Below are positions 14,067 to 25,070 of a DNA stretch of 64,000 bases, one piece after another. How positions within the stretch are numbered: the first letter of the stretch is position 1; each line of letters begins with the position of its first letter. Under the pieces are notes generated by a model. That model searched no databases and had not been told where the DNA came from. It saw only the letters and a program-made list of their open reading frames with translations. Source of the DNA: Chlorokybus atmophyticus. Lineage: Eukaryota > Plantae > Mesostigma and Chlorokybus algae. The position numbers and the translations under genes are program-made. Location: assembly GCA_009103225.1 (NCBI GenBank), contig RHPI01000026.1:753103-817102 (forward strand), read 5' to 3'.

Positions 14067-15176
14067 CTACCTGCCACCGTGCGATGAGGTAAAGGTGGGG
14101 GGGCTGATCCGCCATCGCCGCAGGCACAGGGGACCCTCAGGCAGCAGCGCTTGTATGCGGAGGACGGCCGGCGTTATCCTCCCTCACCGCGCACAGAGGG
14201 CTGGCCGCTGGTCGTACCCTCACTCGCTTTCTCTCTGTCGGACTACCGTGCCGTCGTCGCCTTTGCCCCGCCGCCGCCGCCGTTGCCGCCGCCGTTGCGC
14301 CATTAACCTCTTCTCTCAGAGTTGACACGGCGACAGTGCTGCTTGCGTTGCTCTGTGCAATGATGTGTGCGGCAGCACGGAACGTTGTGGCATGTATAAG
14401 GGGTATGGTACTGTGCCAGCATGTATAGGGTACAAGTCGTATTCTACATTTGCAGACTGTGCGTGACGTGTCGAATGGTGCAGTGGCCAGCGACTAGCGC
14501 TGTAATGACACCCATGTACGGTTGTCTGTGGAAGAGTGCAAAGCATCGTGACTGGCAATGCTGCCTTGGCGAGCCCTTGGTGAGCTGAGCAACTACACGC
14601 ATGATTTTGCGCCGCGCTGGCTTGCTGTAAGATACTCAATGCAGCAAGGCATAGTTGTGACAGGTATGATCAAACCGCATTGTTCAGCGTCTGCTGCATG
14701 CCTGGATGGAGAGGGTGCACATGAGCTCATGCATGTGACCAGTGGACAGTATATGATACATGCGATGTGGAAGAGGAAGTGTATAAGAGATAGTACGCCA
14801 GGTTAGTAACATGCATGGTGACACACATATCATGCCCTGTCATGCACAACGTGCAGCATACAATACATGCAATGGCATGCCAATACTTTATATACCACCG
14901 GGCTGCTGCTAGCTCCTACCCAACTCACTAACCCCTACCCTGTTAGCTCACACAGCATGCATGTAGTCAAGTAGGTACCTGCCCACACAGGCGCCGTGCC
15001 TAAGCAGGTGCAAAAAATCATGGTGCAACATGCACTCGGCATTCCAACAGACACCACACATGCATGTCTATGATACCGTATGCATGCATGTGCAGAGTAC
15101 CACAACAGTACATTAGGGCAGTAACTGACCACACATGTGTGGCAAAAATGACATTCACAGTTTGCAGAACTCTACT

Positions 15177-17399
15177 TTACAAGGGCACTTGCGCACGCAA
15201 CTGCCGCCGATGCCACGCAACGACCTCAGCGTACTGCAAGTTGCCCTCAAAGATGTCGAGAGCGCTGCCCACATACACATCAACATGTCTAGTTTCGCAC
15301 ACGTGCATTCAATTGTACCCACCTTGTCTGATAAGCTCTCAAAGTATGACCAGTCTACTGCTGCACATTGCGCTTATGTCCGGTGCAGTAGTTGTCCGCC
15401 ACGACCACCTGATGCCCCGCCGCCATCAACCTGCTTTGCCATACAACATGAGAGTAAGTGAGGGAAGGAGGAGGAGGAGGGGGAGGAGGAGGGGGGCTTG
15501 CCTGTCAATGCATGACAAATACCATGCGACAGTACCCAGTTCTTGCTCCATGTCTTCGGCAGCTTTGGGCGCGTTGCCTCAAAAATAGTAGGTAGTTGTA
15601 CCTAAGCGAACCCTCAGCCGAAGCCAGCCTACCCTTTCCGCTCCTCCCCGAGGGACATGCATGCTTCTATTACAACGAGTGACCGAACAGATTCAACCCA
15701 CCACGCAGCGCCATTGAGCAAATTGATATGCGCTTATTTTATTGGATGTGTGCGTGGACATTGCAAACAACTTAACAAACCTAGCTCGCCTATGCGCTTC
15801 TTCCTCATGATCCGTTGAACCACATCGTACAAGCAAAACAGTTTGTAGTCTTCATCCCATAGCATCCTTACAAGCCTCGAACACAAGCTCTATTGAAAAG
15901 ACTGAAGGCGAGCATCACTAGTAGTACTAGGATATCAGCCATCACTTGCTTTGCCGCCGACGCCTAATGACCTCATAGCGACCGGCCTTTGCTGCTTTCT
16001 AACGAGGCAAAAGTTATGTGGTGGCACAGCTGGAAACGCAAGACATACCTGAGAAGGTAAGCGCATGCATGCCTCAGGCTGCTGCATGGCTGACGCAACC
16101 CTGTCATCCACAAGCTTCTTCGGTTTCCATCTGGCACTCGTGCTTGCGCGCCTTTTTGAGCGGTGTGCAAGCACTTGCTGCACACAACGATACCACAGTG
16201 CTAGCCACACATACCCTTCCGACAATAATGGTGCACTACGTAGTCATGTATCTATGTGGTCAAAGACACAACATACCCTAACTTCATCGTTTATGGACGC
16301 ATCACCATCGTGCTATAATGCAACGGTGTCAACAAGTGTAGCCCCTCCCACCTCATGTGTCACTCCTGGACTGAACTGTACCACAACTGCTTAAGGGATT
16401 GAACACGTTGCACAAACAGCAATACGTGCGCGTCGTGCTGCAGCGGTGAATGGTGCGAGATATGGTGCGGCGGTCTCGACTTTTCTGTGCATTGAGCGGA
16501 ACCGATGGATAGTGCTGTCGTTGATGCCGCTAGGGTACGGCGCTTTCGGGACGTGGAAGTTCTGAAAAGGAGGCAGCAGAGCTTGACAAACAATGTCTTT
16601 GGTTGGCAACTATTAACAAGTACAGGCGCGTGCACACCCTGTGCATGCATCGAGAATTGAACTCCAAACCGATGTCCATTGACTCTACTGCTTTGCAGGT
16701 AACAAATGACGCTCATTTGCACATTTATAGTTGGTAAATAACTAGCTGCATGCCGCCAGCCTTGCGTGTGTCACGATGTGTACAAATTGATGCAGAAAGC
16801 AGCTTTTGCAGCTTGCGTGCAGCATGCAGCTTGTGATAGCATGGCGTCACAAGTATGGTGCCAATTGTTGTTGGCAGCATGCAGCACACAAACTGCTTCC
16901 ACGCATATCTGGAGGACGGCTCATTCTTACACACCAGTTACTGGTCAAGACAATCGCGCAGTCTGCACACTCCTTGGCAACTCATTCCTTGCTGATCAAA
17001 CCCATGCACAGGCGCCGCACAACCGTTGACTGTCTTAAAGTTAAATGACAAGCAAATACTGCAAGACACAAGCTTGCCAAGAAGACCATGTTCCCTACAA
17101 GCTCGCAAAGGAGAAAAGCAAGTGTCCAAAGTTGTCGCATGCATGGCAAAGCAAACACAACCACACGGACTTGTCTTGGCAAAGAGCCTTGCCACGCGTG
17201 AGCAGAAATCAGCACACGCACGAGGGCAATATGCAGCACCTTATTGATGTGTTTGCTCCGATAGCGCTGCGCTTCATCTTCACACGCACCAGCGCCATGC
17301 GCCCGTCCTGCTGCTGCTGCTGCTCCTCCGGCTGCACAGCCGCCTCGCCTAGCCAACATGCGCATCATCCAAAGCCTTCTCAGAAGCCTGCGTAGCCAT
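15177..17399 (-). pseudogene. Chimeric pseudogene copy 1: IWR1/RDM4 exons 1-7, one UXS N-terminal exon, 3' half of the HISN3 last exon
   Basis: On the minus strand: MATQA...ALVRVKMKRSA (early stop), degenerate IWR1 exons, then LMAAGHQVVVADNYCTGHKRNVQQ* (UXS), then [28 protein letters not shown]...* (HISN3). Confidence 0.75.
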
Positions 17400-17478
17400 G
17401 CCTCCCCCTCCTCCGCCTCCGCTATGGTTTTCTGTGGAACTTTGCGGATGGCATCGAGTATATTGTTTGGTGGGCGCC

Positions 17479-19090
17479 ATGCTGGCGACTGGGAGTGAGG
17501 TGGCGGCGAGGGCGAGGGGGCTTCAGGCGGTCCGCCGACCGCCAGATGGCCTGACAGCTGCACCTGGCCGCTTGCTGCGCAGCCCATGTCCCTAAAGCCA
17601 GCCTGCTGCTGCCGCTGCTGCGTGGGCAACAACCGGTGCGTTTGCCTGTTATGCCTGTGATGCCTGTTGTGCTAAGGTAGCCTGTGCCCTTTGTGCTCGT
17701 GCATGCATGAGTGTGGCGTGTAGCGCTGTTACGGTGCCGTCTAGGAGGGTTGTTTTCAGGCTACTGCACAGCTTGTCTGCGTGAGCGAATGTGTTTCATG
17801 CGATTCAAGCTTTGTGCAGCTATCATACAATCAACGTACGGCGTCGAGAACTAGGGTTTCCACGCTGAGTGCAAGTCTAACTTGCAGCGCAGGACAAGTA
17901 CAGTCATTACCAATCCAACCATGGCTATGTTCAGAACTTGCATGCAGTGACATGCTAGGCCAACGCGATATAAGCGTCACCACCCAACCAATAATAACAA
18001 GCAGCATGGCCGCTACAATGCATAAGTTCAGCTACTACTACTACTTTGTCAGTCAAACGTTCCACCCAAGCAACCGCAGCTAACAAGCGAGTGGACCCGC
18101 TGCGCGCTCCTTGCGGGTATTGGCAAGTGCAACGAGGGAACCGTGCATGGGCGTGTGTGCGCGCATTTATGTGTACTCTTGTGCATGCATCGGGCTGGCT
18201 GAGTGCTTACTCTTTTACTCTTCCATGAAAGGAGCGGTGGCCACTAGAAGTTTCACGAGCGGTACGCGATCAATGCGGTTTTGCCCCTGTATTGGTGTCC
18301 ATGATGTACGTGCTGGCCACATGTGAGGGAACCGTGCATGGGCGTGTGTGCGCGCATTCATGTGTACTCTTGTGCATGCATCGGGCTGGCTGAGTGCTTA
18401 CTCTTTTACTCTTCCATGAAAGGAGCGGTGGCCACTAGAAATTTCACGAGCGGTACGCGATTAATGCGGTTTCGCCCCTGTATTGGTGTCCATGATGTAC
18501 GTGCTGGCCACATGTTATCTCTTGGCGTGGGCATTCAACAGCACGTGAGCAACATGTCCCACTGTGGCAGGGCAAAGTCAAGTAGATAGTTGAAGTCATG
18601 GTGGGATGTGCCTCAGGAGGGGAGGGCGACTGAAGGGCCCCGGGGTTGAGAACTACGTGCCACAGGCGTAGAGAACTGCATGTCTGAGCTGTCCGTAAAG
18701 GATGTACCAAGGAGACACTCTCCCTGGCGGGCACGTCATTATGCTGGGCTCAATCGTACCCAACCAGGCTGCAGCGTTTGAGACAATCACGTCGTATCGT
18801 GGTGGGTGATCAAACGTGGAAAATAAATTTGCTTTTTTTTTGGTTTTTAGGATCAAGGCAGCTCTTAACACGATACTCATACATGGGGCGTGCAAGTTGG
18901 AGGCGGGGTTCACGCCAGGCAATGCGGCGCTCTACTTGGATGCCTGAGCCAGCCACGTTATTGTCACCTCAGTATGCGCATTCGTGCGTGTGTGCGCATG
19001 CTGGTGTAAATGCGCGTGTGTGCGCACGCGAGCAAGTGAGTGAGTGTGCATGCGCATGTGTGTTGGAGCCTGGATGTGGTTCTGGTGAAG
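17479..19090 (+). pseudogene. HISN3: 5' half of HISN3, degenerate duplicate
   Basis: Homologous to 49,561-48,150: transit-peptide exon, (V)[17 protein letters not shown] and QVGGG exons, with substitutions and indels. Confidence 0.8.
18134..18515 (+). repeat. 191-bp tandem duplication containing the HISN3 RFRPCIDIH-type exon
   Basis: Units 18134-18324 and 18325-18515 are near-identical. Confidence 0.9.
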
Positions 19091-19758
19091 CTCAATGCCC
19101 CATCATATCATCGTGTGCAGCTGTAACGATGCTCGTGCTCACACACACAGCACACAAGTCATACAACACATGTGTGCAGCTGAGCACAATCTTCACACCG
19201 GAACCTTGCCTTCACTCGCGCACGCACGCACGCGTCGAGCGCGCACACGCACACGAACACTACTACTTCTCACGCCAAGCAAGAACGCAGCAGTGTGCCT
19301 TGGACCACAACTCCCTCAAGCATGCACCAGCATACTCATAGCAGAGAGCAGAAAACAAAGTTGGTTGCATTACACAGGGTTTTTCTATTTATACAAGCAC
19401 TAGGAAGAAATAGCCTAATTAACAGGCATTTCATTATTCACTACCAAATCTAAAGGCAGGTCCAAGTGCAGGCTCCCCGCCACGCGCGTTGGGCCTTCGG
19501 CGGCTGTGTGGCTGTGCAGTCCGCGTCACCTGGCACTGCACAGCGCGTGTCCAGTCAGCGGCTGTGTCACAACCGCGTGGCAGGTGGGTCACGTCGCCGA
19601 ATTAGCTGCTGTCGAGCAGGTCGCAGGCGAGTCGCGCGCGGCAGCAGGGGCAGGCGCCACATGGGCTTAATAAAGCTCATAAAAGCCCTCATCAAGCCAG
19701 CAAAAAAGGCAAAATAAGTACTTTATGTACAATAAAATACAAAAAATGCCCCAGGCTG

Positions 19759-22700
19759 TTACACCCCTTCCCCCCCGGGGGAGCTTCGTCCTCGAAGCTG
19801 ACGACTGCCTCCTCTGGCCTTGTAGTCTTGCAAGACCTGTTTGGCATTGGTAAAGCTCTCCTCGGGCTCGTATGTCGCCTCGTGCATTGGATAGCCACGC
19901 CACTTCACCAAATACTTGCGCACGCCTCGGATCAGCTTGTCCGTGACAATTGCTTCCACTTCCCACTCAGCCTCACCTTCACGAACCACATCTGGAGGCG
20001 GACGAGCTGGTGGCTCCCCTCGATAACCTTTAAGAAGCGAGACATGAAAAACAGGGTGCACATGCATGGTATTGGGCAGCTCCAGCTTGTAGGCCACCTT
20101 CGAGATGACCTTGATCACTTTAAAGGGCCCAAACCATCGCTCACTCAGCTTGCGCACCCCCGTGACCAGCTGCACATGCTTGGTTGAAAGCATTACAAGG
20201 TCACCCTCCTCGAACACAACATCCTTGCGACGCGCATCGGCGTATTGCTTTTGCCGGTTTTGCGCCACAAGCAGAGCCTCTCGAGCTGCCTTGGTAATGT
20301 CGGCACACCTTTCAAGAAAGCCGTCCACGGCCTCCACATCTGAACTTTGCATGCTAGGCACCCACGCCGTCAATGGCGTCAATGGATGTTGCCCATAGTT
20401 CATAAGGAAAGGTGTCACGCCCGTGCTTGCACTCTTGTGGTTGTTAATGGTGAACTCAATCAGCTCCAGCATGTCTCCCCAATTGTCTTGGCGGCTGTTC
20501 ACATAGCACCGTAGCATGTCTTCGATGACGCGGTTGGCGCGCTCCGTTTGGCCGTCCGTTTCAGGGTGGTACGCGGTGCTGAACTTCAAGCTCGTGCCTA
20601 GAGTTGCGTGGAGAGCTCTCCAAAAGTTGCCAGTAAACCGCGGGTCTCTATCATTGATAATGCTTCTTGGAAGGCCATGAGAGCGCACCACATGCTTGAT
20701 GAACAACTTGGCAGCCTCGGGAGCTGTGCAAGTCTCCGTACATGGCGCCAATCGCACCATTTTGCTAGTCTTGTCCACAAACACCAAGATAGCATCATGC
20801 CCTTCACGTGTCCGTGGCAGCCCCGTGATGAAGTCAAGAGTAACTTGCTCCCACTTCGTCAAAGGTATCGGCAATGGTTGGAGCAGCCCACTGGCGCGTT
20901 GATTGCTCGCCTTCACCCTTTGACAAGTGTCGCACAATGCCACATAGTCCTTAACGTCACGATGCATCTCCGACCAGAAAAATTTCTGTTTCAACAAGGC
21001 TAGTGTCCGTTCCAGCCCTTGATGACCAGCCATTGGCACATCATGCGCTTCCTTCATCAATGCCACGCGCATGTGCGCAATGTTGGGTATGTACATGCGA
21101 TCGCCATGCCATAGCAGCCCGTCCTTCAATGCCCAAAGGCCGCTATGTTCAGTCCCATTCTCCAACGCCTCAATGGTCTTCTCCCCCACCGCGTCCTCAT
21201 GCAATAAGGCACGGATCTGGTCAAGCCACTTGGGCTGCACTTGCACCACCGTTTCAAGCGCGTTGAGTTGACGGCTTAATGCGTCCGCAACCTTATTTGA
21301 AGAGCCCGGCTTGTACTTCACTTCAAAGTCGAAGAGTTGGAAGAACTCGAGCCAACGAGCTTGCCGCCGTGAGAGGTGAGGCTGCGTTTGAAGGTACCTT
21401 AATGGCGAGTGGTCCGTCTCAAGTGTGAACCGCTTGCCTTCAAGGAAACAACGCCATTGCCGTAGCGCTAGCACCTGCGCCAGCAATTCCTTCTCATGAA
21501 CGGGGTAGTTGAGCTCAGCCCCGCTCATCTTCTTGCTGAAATAGGCCACCGGTTGCAAGCCGTTGCCGTGATCCTGCTGCAAAACAGCCCCAATAGCCTT
21601 GTCGGACGCATCACACGCCACCACAAAGGGCAATTGCATGTTGGGATGCAGCAGCACGGGAGCCGATGTCAGGGCCTCTTTCAAGTCGGAAAATGCCTTT
21701 GTTGCAGCCTCCGACCAGCTCCAAGCCACCCCCTTCCTCAACAATGCCGTCAATGGTGCCGCCAAGTGCGAAAAGCCCTTTACAAACTTACGATAGTAGC
21801 CGGCAAGCCCTAGGAACGACATGACACCCTTCACGTCCTTCGGGGCAGCCCAATCGCGCACCGCGGCAAGCTTGCTTGGATCTGCCTTGATTCCTTGCTT
21901 GGATACAATGTGGCCAATGTATTCTACCTCTTCAAGCAAGAAGCGGCTTGTTGAGCTGAGCAAACAACTTGTGTGTACGTAAACGCTGCATCACCTCGTG
22001 TAGCAATGCCCCGTGCTCTCTCTTGTTCTTTGTGTACACAAGGATGTCGTCGAGGTACACTAGCACGCCCTTGCCAATCAGATCAGCAAAGACCTCATTC
22101 ATCAAGGTTTGAAAGGTTGCCGGAGCATTTGTCATGCCAAAGGACATCACCAACCACTCATAGTGGCCATAGCGAGTGTTGAAAGCCGTCTTCTCAACGT
22201 CTTCGGGCGCAACACGGATCTGATGGTAGCCACCAGCTAGGTCCAAGCTTGAGAAGAACTCAGCACCCTCGAGCTGCTCCAACAACTCATCAATGCGTGG
22301 CAAAGGGAACACATTCTTCTTGGTGATGTTGTTGAGTGGCCGATAGTCGATGCACATGCGCAAGGCTCCGCTCTTCTTACGTACAAATAGGATAGGTGCA
22401 CCGTAAGGAGACTTGCTGTGCCTGATGTACCCACGTTGTAGAAGGTCCTCGACTTGGCTCCTCGCCTCTTCGAGTTCAGCCGGAGACAACTTGTACACCG
22501 GTCGGTACGGCGGCTTGTGCACGCCCTCTATCAGTTCCACACGGTGATCAACACTTCGCGTGGGTGGCAGACCAGCTGGTAGCCCATCCACCATGACGTC
22601 TTTGAACTCTTCAAGCAACCTCTGCACCTCGGGGTCCTTCGAACTCTCCGAACCAGTGCCGACCAGCTCCAAGTCCGACTTGGGAGGTGTCTCACGCACC

Positions 22701-22774
22701 ATGCACAGCCATGCATCCTTCACATTGATCCCGGACCAGATCTGCTCCATCTTGGTCTTAGAAACTTGTGACAC
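19759..22774 (-). pseudogene. Gypsy pol: RT, RNase H, integrase, chromodomain; frameshifted in RT
   Basis: MCIDYR, YHQIR, YLDDIL, CDASDKAIGAVL, GHQG...CDTCQ, DFITGLP and WEVEAIV...YLVKWRGY...TYEPE. The two ORFs overlap at ~21,945, where the expected K-C-R codons lack 2 nt. Confidence 0.93.
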
Positions 22775-22851
22775 CAGCTCTGGAACCCCTCCCCTTGAGC
22801 TAGAAGCATGTTGTGGTGCAGCTTGCTGGCGCGCCGTCGTGTCGTGCGCGT

Positions 22852-23728
22852 NNNNNNNNNNNNNNNNNNNNNNNNNNNNNNNNNNNNNNNNNNNNNNNNN
22901 NNNNNNNNNNNNNNNNNNNNNNNNNNNNNNNNNNNNNNNNNNNNNNNNNNNNNNNNNNNNNNNNNNNNNNNNNNNNNNNNNNNNNNNNNNNNNNNNNNNN
23001 NNNNNNNNNNNNNNNNNNNNNNNNNNNNNNNNNNNNNNNNNNNNNNNNNNNNNNNNNNNNNNNNNNNNNNNNNNNNNNNNNNNNNNNNNNNNNNNNNNNN
23101 NNNNNNNNNNNNNNNNNNNNNNNNNNNNNNNNNNNNNNNNNNNNNNNNNNNNNNNNNNNNNNNNNNNNNNNNNNNNNNNNNNNNNNNNNNNNNNNNNNNN
23201 NNNNNNNNNNNNNNNNNNNNNNNNNNNNNNNNNNNNNNNNNNNNNNNNNNNNNNNNNNNNNNNNNNNNNNNNNNNNNNNNNNNNNNNNNNNNNNNNNNNN
23301 NNNNNNNNNNNNNNNNNNNNNNNNNNNNNNNNNNNNNNNNNNNNNNNNNNNNNNNNNNNNNNNNNNNNNNNNNNNNNNNNNNNNNNNNNNNNNNNNNNNN
23401 NNNNNNNNNNNNNNNNNNNNNNNNNNNNNNNNNNNNNNNNNNNNNNNNNNNNNNNNNNNNNNNNNNNNNNNNNNNNNNNNNNNNNNNNNNNNNNNNNNNN
23501 NNNNNNNNNNNNNNNNNNNNNNNNNNNNNNNNNNNNNNNNNNNNNNNNNNNNNNNNNNNNNNNNNNNNNNNNNNNNNNNNNNNNNNNNNNNNNNNNNNNN
23601 NNNNNNNNNNNNNNNNNNNNNNNNNNNNNNNNNNNNNNNNNNNNNNNNNNNNNNNNNNNNNNNNNNNNNNNNNNNNNNNNNNNNNNNNNNNNNNNNNNNN
23701 NNNNNNNNNNNNNNNNNNNNNNNNNNNN
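22852..23728. other. Assembly gap (N run) inside the gypsy element
   Basis: Run of N. Confidence 1.
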
Positions 23729-24364
23729 TCACATACACAGCACACAAGTCATACAACACATGTGTGCAGCTGAGCACAATCTTCACACCGGAACCTTGCC
23801 TTCACTCGCGCACGCACGCACGCGTCGAGCGCGCCCACGCACACGAACACTACTACTTCTCACGCCAAGCAAGAACGCAGCAGTGTGCCTTGGACCACAA
23901 CTCCCTCAAGCATGCACCAGCATACTCACAGCAGAGAGCAGAAAACAAAGTTGGTTGCATTACACAGGGTTTTTCTATTTATACAAGCACTAGGAAGAAA
24001 TAGCCTAATTAACAGGCATTTCATCATTCACTACCAACTCAAAAGGCAGATCCAAGTGCAGGCTCCCCGCCACGCGCGTTGGGCCTTCGGCGGCTGTGTG
24101 GCTGTGCAGTCCGCGTCACCTGGCACTGCACAGCGCGTGTCCAGTCAGCGGCTGTGTCACAACCGCGTGGCAGGTGGGTCACGTCGCCGAATTAGCTGCT
24201 GTCGAGAAGGTCGCAGGCGAGTCGCGCGCGGCAGCAGGGGCAGGCGCCACATGGGCTTAATAAAGCTCATAAAAGCCCTCATCAAGCCAGCAAAAAAGGC
24301 AAAATAAGTACTTTATGTACAATAAAATACAAAAAATGCCCCAGGCTGTTACAGCAGCTGTTCG

Positions 24365-24556
24365 TTGCAGAACTTGCCACGCGCACAAGGTTTGCAAGCC
24401 TGCATGTGTGCGGGCACGCGTGTGCATATGCAAGCGTCTGTGTGCATGTGAACATGAACCAGTCCATGCGCGCATGTGTGTGTGCGACATATTGCGAGCA
24501 TGAAGTGCATGTTGTGATACCGACTCGGTCATTGGGTGCATCCGCAATTAGAGAGC
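24365..24556 (+). pseudogene. UXS: Short UXS fragment, broken inside the HPQ exon
   Basis: Matches 38,290-38,497, ending at the start of the HPQPESYWG exon. Confidence 0.6.
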
Positions 24557-24621
24557 TCGTCGCAAATTCTACACGGTGACTGATTAAGGATTGAGGGACC
24601 CACGGGTGCATGAGCCTGCCT
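24557..24621 (+). repeat. Left arm of a ~65-bp inverted repeat bracketing the central inverted block
   Basis: TCGTCGCAAATTCTACACGGTG...GGGTGCATGAGCCTGCCT; 9 mismatches in 65 nt against the reverse complement of 36335-36399. Confidence 0.8.
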
Positions 24622-25070
24622 GCCGCTGCTTGAAATATTACTTTTGGACTGTTGGGTTTGCCGTTGGCTTGTGTGGACTGACGCAGACGGCCGTGGGCCA
24701 AAAGTGGTTGTCAGTGGCATTGACCGGCTGAGAGTTGTCAACCAGTTACCCTTTAGTCGATGTGCACAGATGGCCGTTAGCCGGTAGTTACGGACAGCTG
24801 ACAACAATAGCCGGCAATTTCCTTGCCGTTACACTGCTGTTGATATATGACCCTTACCGTTTGACAAAAGTTGACAATTCTTGCCGTAAGCCAACATTAA
24901 CATGCCATGCAGCTTGTGCATACCTTGGACTAATTGTTTGGTCTTGCAACTATAAGCCCCCAATATATACAACATACCGGCAATGGTGAGAGTATGTCCA
25001 CTTGCAAATGAGCACCCGACTTGCGCATGAAACTACCTACAACATTGAGTCTAGCTGTCGCATTCATGCG

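Larger units (their letters stand above)
19122..24353 (-). mobile_element. Ty3/gypsy chromovirus LTR retrotransposon
   Basis: LTRs 19122-19763 and (gap)-24353 with TGTAAC...GTTACA ends. 5-bp TSD GCAGC at 19117-19121 and 24354-24358. Polypurine tract GGGGGGAAGGGG abuts the 3' LTR. About 8 differences over ~625 comparable LTR bases. gag and PBS fall in the N gap. Confidence 0.95.

Noticed and set aside
22560-24003. 300-480 aa ORFs full of X, also at 2.4-3.1 kb
   Set aside because: Artefacts of reading through N gaps.
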